NCBI GenBank assembly: GCA_951406725.2
Contig: OX597814.1
Span: forward strand, 69,688,001-69,752,000
Length of the DNA: 64,000 bases
DNA from: Octopus vulgaris
Lineage: Eukaryota
Direction of reading: 5' to 3'
Positions 24,480 through 38,281 of the stretch are shown here, piece by piece. Every line of letters starts with the position of its first letter. Within the stretch, counting starts at the first letter, position 1. A model generated the notes under the pieces. It was not told where the DNA came from. It ran no database searches and saw only the letters and a program-made list of their open reading frames with translations. A program made the translations under genes and the position numbers.

Positions 24480-26650
24480 TGTATAAAGTGTATGTGGAAC
24501 TAATTTGGGATTTCATTAGCTGCACAGTTATTTTAATGGAAACTTTGCTTTTCCAGCTGCATGATGCCAGGCAGTCACAAGAGCTTCCCTGTTAATAAGA
24601 AACCCTTGATCAGATCTGATGAAGTAAACACATGATGCTCATGTAGTTAGAACTCATTATTTTGTGTAATTTGCTAATACTTTGATCCAGATGTTTCTAT
24701 GCTTCTATGCAAAGGTTAATTATATGGGGTATGATGTGACAGTGTGGAAATGTACTCTCTCCACTCTCTATTTTATTTCTGTATGCCTATAGATTCTGAT
24801 ATTTGATATATTTTGTGATTGCTGATAAATGAGATAGTGGATTTGGCAGGTTAGTTGCTTTGGATCCAGGTTCCTGTGTAATTAATGTGGGTTTAGAGTA
24901 GATGTGCAGCTGTATTTGAAGAATGGTTGAGAAGAACTGAATGTGATATTATCTGCATATGAGGTTGTCTGCATGTTCTGTGGAAATGTGAAAATATTAT
25001 ATAGGTAAGGATCAAAAAGAGAAGGTAAGAGGATGAATTTCAAATTTTGGTTGTGCTGATATTAATAGCCTATCAGCTAGCCATATGTTTTGTTGTTTCT
25101 GAAAGATGTGCAGAGCATTGTATGTAAAAGTGGGTAGAATTTTTCCACCATGTGATACACCAATTGTTAAAGAATACAGCATTTCAATATTCACTCTTTT
25201 AAAGAAAGCAATAAACTATGAGACCACAAAATAATAAATCAGTGACTTGAGTTAACTCTTTCAATGGAAAAGTTTATTGATGGAAATGATTAGGTATGGT
25301 AGAACTCAGAATTAATTTTACTACCTCTGCTAGTGATTATTGTGGAACAAAGAATGGGAGTCAGAAATGTTACTGAGATTAGGAACTAGCAAATCAGGCT
25401 CTACCAGATTTACCAGTTCCTCAGGAGTTGTGAGGCATTGTGATATATCAAAGACTATCTCTGCCACTCTATTGCTTTTCCAAACAAAAAAAAGCTTGTT
25501 ATTACATTTGAGTGGTTTAACCTCATTTTGTATAGGCATATATGTTGATCATTTTATCATATAATGAGAGGACCATCAGAAATTAACCAAAGAAGTAGAG
25601 GCCATAGAAAAAGCATCTAAAGGGAAGAATGATCATAAGGAGTCTCATTAGTATCAGTAGAAAACCAAATCAAATTGAATGAGGTATTCAAAAAAGAACA
25701 TCTCAATGGATTCTGGAAGATTTTTAGGACTAATACTATTTTTGAAAATAGCAACTGCTTTTTGGGATATTAGGAAAATAATTAAGGATCTCACTTCATC
25801 CAAAACACAAGTTTCTTTTTATAGAGAGGAATTCTATGCATATTTTGCCAAAAATGTTTCTTTTCTTTTTGTCCTTGCAAGATAGAGATATATTCAGATG
25901 TTTGGTGCATGGCTCAAATGCCTTTAGATTTCTATCCTGATCTTCTTTAGAGTTATTACATGGGATATCATTTAGATACAAGTTAGTAGGAATAACAATC
26001 TTTATTCCATAGTAGCAGCTGATAACAGGCATGATTCATGTCTGCGTTGCTGTGAATATATGATCATAGGTATTAAAGTTCTTAAGGATCAATACAAGAT
26101 AAAAAGAGTATGAATAATATATAAATCAATGTCCAAGCATTATTTGTTGGGGATATGTTACTACAAGTAAGCTCTTCACATTAAGTTACTGGTTTCTATG
26201 ATGCCTCCTTTGAGTAATTAATTTATTTCTTGCCTTATGAATTTGCAGTCATTCAGAGTACCCTTGAATAATGGATATGGTAATAAATTTGGCATTTGGA
26301 GTTAAATTAGTGAAGAATGCAACTGGTGAAATCTTTGTATTAGCAAGATTTGACAATACTAGAGTGGCTTCCAAACCATTAAATTTAAATATGGCAAAAA
26401 ATGTTGAAACATTAAACTCTGTCCCAGTATTAAATCCTAGCAGAACCTAGACATTAATAGTGATTGCTGTTTCTACCTTTTTCTACACAAGAAATACTTT
26501 TAAATGGCTTAATGATTAAAACCGTTCCACTTAGCAATCAATATTAGCTTGGATAAACTTGTCAGTGCTTCCACTACTAGGCTAATTACAATATTAAGGG
26601 AGATATTCTAATAAAGCAGAATTAAACAAATTTGAAGAGATTAATGCATT
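24480..26650 (-). mobile_element. Highly decayed non-LTR retroelement remnant (CR1/L2/Jockey-like?)
   Basis: Short coding-like minus-strand stretches with no splice context. No clean motif recovered. Confidence 0.25.
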
Positions 26651-26875
26651 TCAAATTGGTTTACCTGGTTTATATTGTCATACTAAATATTTATTATATG
26701 CAAGATTCATATACAAGAAAAATTGCCTTTTCCTAAAACATAAGACATATGGCATTTCTAGCTGACATTTTCTGTGATCATGTCTATCCTCCCTATCAAT
26801 AAAAAAAGCACTTCCAGAAAGCAATTGCTGGAATAGGTTCCTATTTAGTATCCTCTTTTCTAACAGTAGTATTGT

Positions 26876-27038
26876 TTAACTCTTTTACAATTCAGATTAT
26901 TATGTCAAATGTAATGCATATTTATTCATATTGTTTTGAATTAATCCTGCATTACCTTGTGGCTTTGAGATTTCAATGCTATAGCCAGTTTGAATATATT
27001 AAGGCTGGATATAACCAGTTTAAACACTAAAGGGTTAA
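26876..27038. mobile_element. piggyBac-type MITE
   Basis: TTAA-ctctttta ... taaaggg-TTAA termini. Confidence 0.55.
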
Positions 27039-27149
27039 AAGACACTCTAAATGTAAACAGTGACATTATCTCTGGCTCATAAAATAGTTGTTTCTAAATA
27101 TCTGTTTCTTCAAGTAGCTGCAACTGAGCTATGATTCATCATGCTGTGC

Positions 27150-27970
27150 CAGGAATCTTTGTCTCCCATTAGCTTTGATAGGTCCTCATTTTCACTTTGA
27201 GTATCTCTACTAATAACAGCAATGCTGTCGAGAAGTTTTCATCTTCCAACAGAGTTTTCAAAATATATCTGATGTTCAGTATGAAAGAGTAAGCCAGCAA
27301 AACCTACTTTGCCTGGAGCAACAATATAGAAGTTGGTGTCTATAAATTTCTTCCTTGATCTTGTGCTTATACCATAAGAGGCTCTGAGCTCTCATAAGAA
27401 ATCTGGTGTATTTGGCATCAAGGCAATCTTAAGGCTCCTTTTCCATAATCCAGTTTTGGCTTCGTAGAGAAGGATACTCTCAATACAAACCCTGAAGTAT
27501 TTTAAAATCAACCCTTGTTGATTTGAAAATACTTGATTGCCAGATGTTTTTGAAGTTTGTTATATACACTCCAGACATGTCTTTTGCATGTCAAAAAGTC
27601 ATTCTTACTGTCAACAACATAGGATGCAAGGTATTCATTGACCTTGAATTGATTATTACTACTGTAAGAAACAGACAGATGGCTTTCATACTCATTGATG
27701 ATTGTGTCCTCATTTTTCTCTTTTGCATTGAGAAACAATCTAACTTTGGCTGCAGTATTCTCAAGAGAAGTCAACAAGTCTTGCATATCACACAGTTGAT
27801 GAGCTTTGAGAGTAAGATCATCAGCATGGTTGAGATCAGAGTGATACGTCTTCTGTTGATATCTTGACCACTTCTGCGTCATGGTGAGGCCTTTGTCTGG
27901 AATCAGGTGAAGACTTGGCTTAAGGATGTAGTCCACTACAATCACAAAGAGGAAAGAAGCTAGGGTATGA
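27150..27970 (-). mobile_element. Decayed LINE RT fragment (second family)
   Basis: TLASFLFVIVVDYIL...SDLNHADDL...LTSLENTAAKVRLFLNAK, i.e. RT motifs around a degenerate YADD box. Confidence 0.75.
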
Positions 27971-28254
27971 AGGATTTATGAGCAGGTCAGTAGTTGATTG
28001 TAGTCATTGTTGCAATTGTTTAGCTTCAGTACAATTCTGATCAGGTAGGCTTAGGATCAAAGGCATTCCAGGCCTGACAATTCTGTACATTTAGAGGATT
28101 TGGGAATATATTATCTAATATGTTCTTCCTGTATTTAAGGTGTTAGAATGTGGTTGACGAACATTTGTCAGCTACATACTCAACAAGACCAGTCCTCCAC
28201 AGCAGAAATGTTAAGGCCGCATACGCAGGTGAAGATTGGCCTGTAAAGCAGCTG

Positions 28255-28390
28255 ACACAAGGAAGGACATCCATCTGTAGAAATCAAGCCATATCAGATT
28301 CGAACCTGGTGCAGCTCTCTGGTTTGCTGTCCAAACCATACCAGCATGGAAAACAGATGTTAAAGGATGATGATGATGATGATGATGATA
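28255..28390 (+). mobile_element. RTE LINE 3' end
   Basis: ggaaggacatccatctgtagaaa...ccagcatggaaaacagatgttaa followed by (GAT)n. Confidence 0.75.
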
Positions 28391-28717
28391 TTGATAAAAT
28401 ATCATTACTGATCAAAGTTGCGATATACATGTAAGCTGTATTGAGCAATGACTATTTTCTGTGGAATACCTGCAGAATATGTGAGATGCATGAGTTGGGA
28501 GATTCTGAACAGAGGCATGAGATTGGCCAGCTTTGAGACAAGAAGCCACAATAACAATGGTAAAAATTTTACTGTTGGTAAGACATGTAGAGAATGTCCA
28601 TAAACATGTATGCACACTTTGATATCTGATAACACCTGGAAGCAGATTTATCTAAACGACTTAACAGCCCTCTGATTAGGGATAAGGTGAAGCAGATGGT
28701 AATGTTCAGAATGTCCA

Positions 28718-29097
28718 CAGGCATGACTGTGTGGTTAAGAAGCTTGCTTTGCCTCCAAATAGTCTCAGGTTCAGTCTCTTTGCACAGCACCTTGTGCAAA
28801 TATCATTTACTCAAGCCCTAAGCCTACCAATGCCTTTTGAGTAAATTTAGAAGATGGAAACTATGTGCAAACTTGTTTTATACTTATATATCTACACCTG
28901 AGTGTCTTTGTGTTTGTTTCAATCACCACTTGATAACCAGTGTTGGCTTGTTTAAATCCCTGTAACTTAACAATTCAATGAAAGAGACTGACAGAATAAA
29001 TGCCAAGAAAAAATGTACTAGGATCAATCTGTTTGGCTGAAATCCTTCCAGGCGATGTCCAAGGATGACGGCAGTCCAATGACTGAAACAAGTAAAA
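28718..29097 (+). mobile_element. tRNA-derived SINE family A, decayed
   Basis: Colinear with 63252-63636. Confidence 0.7.
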
Positions 29098-29099
29098 GC

Positions 29100-29900
29100 T
29101 AAACGTTTCAAAACATTCCAAAAGACTGCAGACATTGACAAGTCCTACGAAGGTAAAAGGGGTACTTACTGTTTTGCCAGATTTCTTGAAAATCTTTGCA
29201 GCAAGCAAGTCATGAGATAAGGATTTAAAAACCAAATGTATATCATTATGAAGCACTGTCATTGAAAGAGATGCATTTCAGGCACAGTCCATGCTCTCAG
29301 TGAAGGTGATCTGAACCAAAGAGTGGAATTTTGCAAGTGGTTCTTGATAAAATGTGTAGAAGATGAGGCTACATATAAATTAAATGGTTCATCACAATTG
29401 CACCTGCTAGAGACTTAAGAATCTGCATGGAGGAACATTGTGACAATTCATCACAAGTCATGGTATGATGTTGCTTATCATCAAAAGGATTAATTAGACC
29501 ATTCCTTTTTCTGGTATTGTAACTTAAACAATCTGTCATGCTAACATTTTAGGGAATCTTGAAAAAGTGGAGTTTTACTTTCAGCAACATGGACCCCCTA
29601 ATACCACCATAGTAATGTATGGACTTACTTTGACGAGATTTTGCCAGACAGGTGGATTGAGAAAAGCTGTTCAGTAGAATACCTTCTGCATTAACAGGAA
29701 CTGGCAAGAGTCAACAAATTGAGGGCAATCATTGAATGAGAGGGTACACAAATACCAAATGAAATGCTTTTTGATGTTTATGATTCCACTGCCTTGCATT
29801 TATCAGCAATGCCTGGACCAGAACAGTCATTAGTTTGAAAACAATAACTGAATTGTCTGTAGAATTTATTAAACTTTGAAAATAAAATGTAATTTAATAA
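29100..29900 (+). mobile_element. Decayed Tc1/mariner-superfamily transposase remnant
   Basis: Fragments LSEGDLNQRVEFCKWFL, DEATYKLNG, YFQQHGP (QQDGAP-like) and LPDRWI. Confidence 0.65.
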
Positions 29901-30104
29901 ACATTGACTTTATAATAATTCAGTAAGAAATTAAATAAATGACAAGGAAACAAGAAATTATGTAATGAACTTCATAAGCTTACAGCTGTTTCTGCTATGA
30001 GATGCAATGCACTCATAACTGAGTGCTTCTGTAACATGTTATTTCATTCATATGAGTTCATTCAATATGTATATGCTTTTTTGGGACATCCTCATCCACC
30101 CTCC

Positions 30105-31545
30105 CTCCTTTAACATCTGTTTTCCACACTGGCATGGGTTGCCTGGTTTGACTAGAGCTGGCAAGCTGGAGAGCTACACCATGTTCAAGTCTGATTTTGT
30201 TTGGTTTCTACAGCTGGATGCTCTTCCTAACACCAAACACTTTGCAATGTGTACTGGGTGTTTTTAATGTGCCACAAGCATGAACGCTTTTATGTGGCAC
30301 CAACATGAGTGCTTTTTATGTGACACCAGCATAGGATTCTTGCAGGCCAATTCCCTTCAACAGAGTGAGTGGCCTTAATACTTCTGCTGTGGAGTACAGG
30401 TCTTCTCGAGTACAGCAAGGTGCTGGGTATCTTGGCCTTTTGTCATCTTGTTCGAAAGATTTAGCATTATGAGGTTGTCCTTCAGAACCTCGTCTCATGT
30501 CTTTCTGGGTCACCCTCTTCTACAAGTTCTATTCAGTTTTAGAGATTGGAACTTCTTTGCAGAGCTGTCAGCATCCATCTGCACCACAGGACCAAACCAA
30601 CACAAATTTCTCTCTTGCATATGGCATCTAATTCTTTTTATGCCTAACTTCTCTCTCTATACACTAGCACTCTGTTGAACATGCACACTTACATTATACA
30701 TCCAGTGGAGCATACTAGCTTCATTCCTCTCTAGTTTTTGCATGTCTTCTGCATTCAGAGCCCATGTCTCACTACAATGTAAAATGGCTGTTCGTTTGCA
30801 TGCATCATACAATCTTCCTTTCACTTGTCAACAGAGGTAAAAGCTCTGAATTTCCTCCACTCTATTCTTATTCTAGCTATTAAACTCTTCATACATCCTC
30901 CCCCACTTCTAATTTGATCCCTTAAGTAGCAAATATTATCCACTACCTCTAATTAACCTCCAAGGCATTTGAGAAAATCACCAAGCCAACACAGTCTTCT
31001 CAATTTTCCAAGTATCTGTATTTTTATGGCTCCTGTGCATCTTCCACATATGAATACTACTTTCTCTAATAACCTTCCTGTTATTCCACTGCACCACTTG
31101 TGTATCCATAGCTTACACTGAGTACACCATATGGAATTCCTGACTACAAAACCCTACCTGAAGCAGGTAGGGTTTTGTCTGTTTTCTTGCTTACTAAGAC
31201 CTTAAGCTCTGATATAGGAATCTACTATGACTGCAAGATCATAAGCATATAGAAGTTCTCAGAGGCTGCTGGTCTTGAACTTCTCTGTTATGGCCTGGAG
31301 GACAATGATGAAAAGGAGGCAACTGAGGACTGAGCCTGTATGCCAAATTCTTTGCTATACTAGTGGTTAACTCTCACCTTACTAACAGCATCTCTATACA
31401 CAACCTGCACAGCTTTCACAAGCCAGTTGTATACCCCTAGTCTACTAAGAGCCCACCATATCACACAGTGGGATACCATATCAAAAGCTTTCTCTAGATC
31501 AATGAATGCCAAGTATAATGGTTTAGTCTTAGCTAAGTATATTTG
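30105..31545 (-). mobile_element. Decayed RTE LINE
   Basis: Reverse-complement homology to the RTE RT, finger, C-terminus and 3'UTR. Confidence 0.8.
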
Positions 31546-31654
31546 AAGTTAATATAGCAGCTGTGTATTGCATAAATGTTTTAGACCTTTGCATTTTATA
31601 GTTTCATTTTTATTTTCACAATAGGTTATATAAAAATATATCTATATGTTATAT

Positions 31655-33612
31655 CAGGTAGCTAGAAGATAGGTATATATATATAGCTAGGGAGAAGCAG
31701 AAAGGAAGAAATCTGCCAATGTTCAGTGGACTAGAAACTTGAGGCGTTTCAGATTGCAAGACTGTGTCAAAGAAAACAATGGTGTTGTAGGAAAGAAGTG
31801 CATGGATGATGACTCACTTGCAGTTAGTGATTCTGCAAAGAAGGAGGCTCTAAGTGCCACTATGAAAGGCTGCTAAATGTAGAGAAAGCATGGTAGAAGA
31901 ACCTACATAACAGATGGACCAGCTATCTGAATCAATAGTAGCTCAGCAGATAAAGCAATTAAGGATATGAAAATAGGGAAAGCCTGCAGATCATCAGGAG
32001 TTACCACTGAGATGCTTAAAGTATCTGGCAGAGTGGGATATTGTGTAGTCACATGTATAATTAATTAGGTTGTTCATGAGGGAGTCATGCCTAATGACTG
32101 GTGCAGCAGCATTATAGTCAACTGCTACAAAGGTAAAGGTGATGCCTTGGGCAGAAATAATTACAGAGAAATCTAATTGCTGGACCAGGTGATGAAAGTT
32201 ACAAAAAATCCTAGCTCAATTAATTAGGAAAAACATTAACCTAGATGACATGTAGCTTGTTTTTGTGCCAGGAAGAAGCACTGCTGATGCTATCTTCCTG
32301 GTGAGGAAACTGCAGAAGTACTTAGCCAAAAATAAACCTCTGTATTTGGTTTTTGTTGACATAGAGAAAACCTTTGACAGGGTCCCCCATTCCCTTACCT
32401 GGTGGACAATGTGGAAACTAGGAATAAATGACTGGTTGTTGAAAGTTGTACAAGCTATGCACAAGGATGCTGTCAGTAAGGTAATAGTATAGCAGTAAGG
32501 TATTGAGTATAGCAAGGAATTTAGTGTATACAATGTACACTATCTAGTTCACCAATGATTGGTTCTCAGTCCCCTCTTGTTTATCATAGTCCTCCAGAGG
32601 AATTTAAGGCAGGCTATTCTTGGGTGTTCCTCTGCACTGATAACCTTGTCCTTATTACTGAATGACCACCAGTACTAGAGAAGAAATTTCAGGTATGGAA
32701 GCAAAGCCTGGAATCTAAAGGCCTTAGAGTTAATTTAGCAAAGACCAAAGAACTAATAAATAGGAAAACAGACAAATCACAGATCCCTTTAGAGAGATGA
32801 TCCTGCTCAATATATAGAAAAGGTGTTGGTAGGAACTCCATGTAGCATACCCAGTGCAAGCTATGGACACATAAGAGGTATCACAGGAAGGTTAACAGAG
32901 GAAGTGGTCTTAGTAAATGATTTGAGAGAAAAATTGGGTATACAAGGCATCAGACAATGTGCAAGAGAGAAGACTGCACTGGTATGATCATGTAATGCAT
33001 ATGGATGAACACAATTGCATCAAGAAGGGCTGATCTATAATTGTGGAGGGAACTTGTGGTAGAGATAGACCCAGGAAGATGTGATGAAGGGGTGAGAAAG
33101 AATCTCCAGACATTGGACCTCACAGAGAAGATGACAAGGGACTGAGACTTCTGTCAGTTTGCTGTGCTTAAGATGTCAAGCTAAGTAAAATTGTGGCTGT
33201 CCACATATACAGCTATGTCCATACATCCTTCTCTCCGCTAAGTGATCCTAGTTTTGCAGGCTCGTGGGTGCTGGTGCCACATGCTGATGCCAGTGCTATG
33301 TAAAAGCACAAGCGCCCATACCAATATCATGTAAAAGCGCTTGTGCCAATGCCATGTAAAAGTTTCCATGCAGGTGCCAGTAAAAGTGCCAGTGTCAGTG
33401 CCACATCAAAGCATCTGTGATGGTGCTATGTTAAAAGCACCCAGTACACTTTGTAAAGTGGCTGGCATTAGGAAAGACATCCAGCCATAGAAACCATACC
33501 GAAACAGTCAAATGGAACCTGGGCCAGCTCCTGTCAAACCATCCAACCCATGCCAGCATGGAGAATGGACATTAAATAATAATGATGATGACTGATGATA
33601 ATGATAATGATG
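31655..33612 (+). mobile_element. Decayed RTE LINE
   Basis: PGRSTADAIFLVRKLQKYLAKNKPLYLVFVDIEKTFDRVP. 3'UTR and (GAT)n tail. Confidence 0.85.
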
Positions 33613-33842
33613 TAATGAAAATTGTTAAGACAATGTCACTAAGCAGATAAACAATTGCCTTATCTTGATGGATACTCTCTGATAACAATTTTACTTGATA
33701 TGGATAAAATATGCAGCCACATATGATTTAGTTTAATTTCTTTTTAATTACAACATTTCATGTTGTATTTTTTAAATCTAAGGAAAACACGTATTCACAA
33801 ACTGAAGCTTAATTTACAAAATCTTGAAACAAGAAAACTCAC

Positions 33843-33911
33843 GCAGTGAGCCGGCTTATCATGTTTTCATATCTTTCATAAATAACTTTTGCCTCTTCAT
33901 TTTCAACACAG
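33843..33911 (-). CDS. Axonemal dynein beta heavy chain, exon 5 of 6 seen, 69 bp, phase 2 to 2
   Basis: tttttcag|C TGT GTT GAA...CTC ACT GC|gtgagt. Encodes CVENEEAKVIYERYENMISRLT; phases fit both neighbours. Not in the ORF track. Confidence 0.88.
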
Positions 33912-34014
33912 CTGAAAAAGAAAATCATAATAACCTTTAGGACACTTACAATGTTGCTTTGTAACTACAAGAAAGGCAGCATGAAATAGTCATTCACAAA
34001 TGCAATGATAAAAT

Positions 34015-35225
34015 TTATGGCTAAGGGAAAACCAGAAAAGAGGACGTTTGTAGATGTTTTATGATATGAGGATCAGATCCATGAGGTGCTCAAGATTGTG
34101 AGACAGTGTGTTAGAGAAAAAGATGTCACTGGGGGAGTTGACTGTAGACAGTAATTCATGTTACTGTAATGTGGTAGATTGAGCTATTAAAAACAACAAA
34201 GCTGATGCTCCATAGGGATAGTCTCTGAGATGTTCAAAATATCTGAGATAGTATATATGATAAATACTTGGATAATTAATGCCTCAAACAGGAAATGCTT
34301 CAGACAGAAGAAATTAAAAGAGACATCAAATAGTTGGATCAGACTTTGTAGGTCATGACACAACTAATCCAGAGCAGAGTTAAGCTAGATGAGATGCAGT
34401 TTGGTTTTATACTTGGCAGAAGTACCATATAAGCAATCTTCCAAGTGAGACAAGTGCAGAAGAAATACTTGGCTAAGAGTAAACCACTATTCCTGGCATT
34501 CATTGACTTGGAGAAGGCCTTTAACAGAGTACTAGGCCCTGTAATTTGATGGTCACTATTAAACTAGGTTTAAACAAATGATAGGTGAGGACTGTATAAG
34601 CTATGAATTAAAGTGAAAAAAGTAAAGTAGAAGTTCAACACTGAATTTAGCATGTAGGTAGTGATTCAGCAAAGCTTAGTTTTCAGCACTCTACTATTCA
34701 CCAAAGTCCTACAGACCATCACAGAGGTGTTTAAGACTGACTATCCATGAGTACTCCTATATGCTAATGATCTGGTTCATATAGCTGAAGAAATTCTAGA
34801 ATAGAATCTATGTCTAGAAGTGGGAGGCATTAAGGTAAACTAAGCAAAGACTAAGGCTTTTGAAAATAGGAAAGAAAGTAGGACTCTGTGGTATCATCAG
34901 GAAAATGGCTTTCTTCAATATGCTGAAAAGGAGTTACTATAAACTCTATATGCGGTACGCAATGTAAGATATGGATATACAAGAGATATAGTGTAATCAC
35001 AGGTAGGCTAACAAGGAAGGTAGGCTTAGATATACTAGAATTATATGTCCTATGAGTACACTGGAAACATTTTCATGAATGCTCAAATGTAGTCAGGGTT
35101 GTTCAGAAATTATAGCAGTCAGAATAAAAATGAGTTGGATTAATGTAGGGAGCTAGTAATAAAGACTTTTTCCTTCCGAGTGAAGGTAGAATGTATGTGT
35201 ATTATGTTAGAACTGTAATGCATGT
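34015..35225 (+). mobile_element. Highly decayed RTE LINE fragment
   Basis: LDEMQFGF, KYLAKSKPLFLAFIDLEKAFNRV, LLYANDLV. Confidence 0.75.
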
Positions 35226-35774
35226 ATGGGTTAAATGGTTTATTGCATACTATTTGTTTCAAATTGTTTTCGATTAAGTCATCTCAAGCATCAATGAAGA
35301 CAATTTGAAAACATCTTTGATAACAAAAAAGCACAAAGAATGAGACAATAAACATATAATCTAATTTTTTTATTTAAATTTATGTTAATTCTTAGTGCAT
35401 GTATTTGCTATGAATGAAGTTCTGTTTCAAAAATTTAAAATATGCATTTTATGAAGATACTAGAGTATCTAAGCCATCATTAATGACCACTTGACCTCTC
35501 ACTTTGTTTAATATAAAAGAGAGATATTCATTTCCACTTAAATACGGATGTTCTTTTAGAACAAACTTTCTGCAGTAGTTGCCATGAGAAAAACTCTCAT
35601 ACTGGATTTTTGGTGCAGAATGCACTCTTGTTTATATTGCTAGTGGGGAAATAAATCCCCACAACCTCCAATGCTGAGACCATCAGATCATGTGATTTCA
35701 ACCTCGTTTGGTTTTGTTAATGATGGACTGAGGATTTATCTCCTCTCTAGTGATATAAACAAAAGGGCATTTTG

Positions 35775-36280
35775 TTTCTTTCTGATTTGTTCATGTCCTC
35801 TGCATTAAAGGCCCATGTTTCACTACCAGGAAGCATTGCAATTCTAACACAAGCATCATATAGTCTACCTTTCACTCTGAGAGGAAAGATGCTTGTTACC
35901 AGCAGTGATAGTAGCTCCCTGAACTTTTCTCAACCCATTCTTACTCTGGCTACTATGCTTTCAGAACAGCCATTTCCCTTGCTAATTATATCTCCTGAGT
36001 AACAAAGGCTATCAATTACTTTTAGTGAACCATCTTGGCATTTAAGAGACTTACAAATGAACACTACATTTTTAGATAGTCTGCCAGTCATTCCACTACA
36101 TCACTTGTGTGTCCACAGCTTACAGTATATGGAGTTTATACCTACTCCTTTTCTGCATATCAAGCAAGGCCATTTCCCTAAAGATACTAGGGCCCTGTCT
36201 CCTTTCCTATTTACTAAAAGCTTTGACTTTACTAGGTTTATTGCAGGGCCTCTCAATTCCAGGTTTAATTTCCATTCTTT
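35775..36280 (-). mobile_element. Decayed RTE LINE fragment
   Basis: Reverse-complement homology to the finger and post-RT region of the other RTE copies. Confidence 0.75.
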
Positions 36281-36784
36281 ATTTGTGAATTAAGGCTACC
36301 ATTGGTTTCATGTTAATGAAAGTAGGAAAATATCCTAGTATCGTAACAATTTTTCAAGTTGATCACAACCAGATTAAAAACACCACACCCAGAACAAAAA
36401 CAAAATAATGCAAACAAATTTACCATACAACAATTTGCCCATAAGACAAATCCAAGCGAGACAAACATTCAAAAGATGCCACCTAATGGTAACGTCCCTT
36501 GATTAGTGTTTTATTCATGTGAACTCATGAGAATCTCTGCGAACTACACAAGGCTGCATTTTCTAAAATGGAGGTGAACATCTTTCTCCATGTGATTGGC
36601 TTGAAAAATTGTCGAGACACTAGGATATTTTACTACTTTTCTTGATATGAAACCAACGGTAGCCTTAATTCAAAAATAAAGAAATTATAACCCCCAATGC
36701 AGGATTGAGCACTCATTTTCATCGCTCTGCATTTACATATATATATATGTGTGTGTTGATAAAGAGATTTAAATATCACCTTAC

Positions 36785-37050
36785 TTGTGATGAAGACTTT
36801 TAAACTTAGCTATGAAGTATGTTATCCTTGTCTTCATCTGTTCAGCCCATTTTAAACTTCCAGATACTTTTGGCATAAACTTTGGGAGGATAATTCCTTG
36901 TTTTCCATTGTGGTACTTCATTTGCTCTTTGTACATGATGTCCAAGGTATCAAGTTCTTTATTCATATATTCAGTTATTGATTTGTATTTACAATCAAAT
37001 AAATTTTTAATCAAAGGCCGTTCCAAGAGATTAATCATCATTTCTATAAT
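36785..37050 (-). CDS. Axonemal dynein beta heavy chain, exon 4 of 6 seen, 266 bp, phase 0 to 2
   Basis: gatttcag|ATT ATA GAA...CAT CAC AA|gtaagg. Encodes IIEMMINLLERPLIK...MPKVSGSLKWAEQMKTRI, with the LLERPLI and MP.VSG.LKWA dynein motifs. Confidence 0.93.
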
Positions 37051-37130
37051 CTGAAATCAAAAATGTATTGCAGTCAAAATAATGCAAGTTTTATTAACTG
37101 TATTACTTTGGAATGTATATTTTGTTTTTA

Positions 37131-37345
37131 AGGCAGCAAGCTGGCAGAATTATTAGCAGGCCAGACAAAATGCTTAGTGGCATTTTGTCCGTCTATATGT
37201 TCTAAGTTCAAATTCTGTTGTGTTTGACTTCACCATTCATCTTTTTGAAGTTGATAAAATAAGTACCATTTGAGCATTGGAGTCAATGTAATTGGCTTAC
37301 CCACTCCCCTGAACTTGCTGGCCTTGTGTCAAAATTTGAAACCAA
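37131..37345 (+). mobile_element. tRNA-derived SINE family B
   Basis: aggcagcaagctggcagaattattagc...aagttcaaatt...aaaatttgaaacc. Confidence 0.65.
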
Positions 37346-38164
37346 TACATATATTGCTTTTTTTGCTGATAGATACAATTTGTGCAGACTTATAGTACAA
37401 AAGTAGACATTCAACTATCTGTAGGCAACCTACACATTTAGAACATCAAATGTGCAAAACTTTAATCTGATCTGAGAACATAAGATAGTCTACCAAGTTA
37501 TGTTCACTTATGTAGGTTGCAGAGTGGATATGTTTGTTCCAGTTTTCTTTTCATACAACTTTTTATATAGGCAGGCAACATGGAATCAGTTTATATGGTC
37601 AATTAATTCAAATGCAATAACTTTGAAGCACATTTTATTGTTAACATGTTTTAGCTTGACAGAGTGTCAGAATGCCAAGTTGGTAGCCTTACATGCAGGA
37701 TTCCATTTCATCAGTAAATCTTAACAGAATCAATCTGCTGATTTATCATGATGATATAACTAGATTTACTTCCAAGTAGTTAAGGTTAATAATCAAATCC
37801 ACTAAGCCAGAGAGAAAGGAAGAGAGAATGAAAGCTGGATATTTTATTGTTTCAAGTTTAGTACTTCAAATTATTTCAGTTTATATCTTTGATAATGTTC
37901 TCTTAAATGCCAATGAAAATTACTTTGAAAGAATTAAGACTTGGAAAGAACATTTTAGAATAAATATGAGAACAGATTAAACAACATGGAATGGAGATAT
38001 ATGATTAAAACATACAACTGGAAAATTATAATAAGAGTCTTTTCTTTACAGCACTAAATCTATGGTTTTATGCAATTCTGCTTTTAAAATCCAGCAAATT
38101 AAATATAAACAATTCTGAAAAAAAAAAAAAACATGGAAAACAAATGATAGCTACCAACTATTAC

Positions 38165-38281
38165 CTTGAAATATGCATCAAGTTCACCACATTCATCAAA
38201 GGCTCTGCAAATAATTGTTGCAAGGCGATGATCAAATTCAGAAATTTTTTTCCGGAATGCATTATAGTCATCCATAAATTC
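38165..38281 (-). CDS. Axonemal dynein beta heavy chain, exon 3 of 6 seen, 117 bp, phase 0 to 0
   Basis: ttcttaag|GAA TTT ATG...TTC AAG|gtaata. Encodes EFMDDYNAFRKKISEFDHRLATIICRAFDECGELDAYFK. Not in the ORF track. Confidence 0.92.

Noticed and set aside
29976-30100. GAAACAGCTGTA 3' half of a hammerhead
   Set aside because: The 5' core is not visible, probably lost at the adjacent RTE insertion. Counted only as a half motif.
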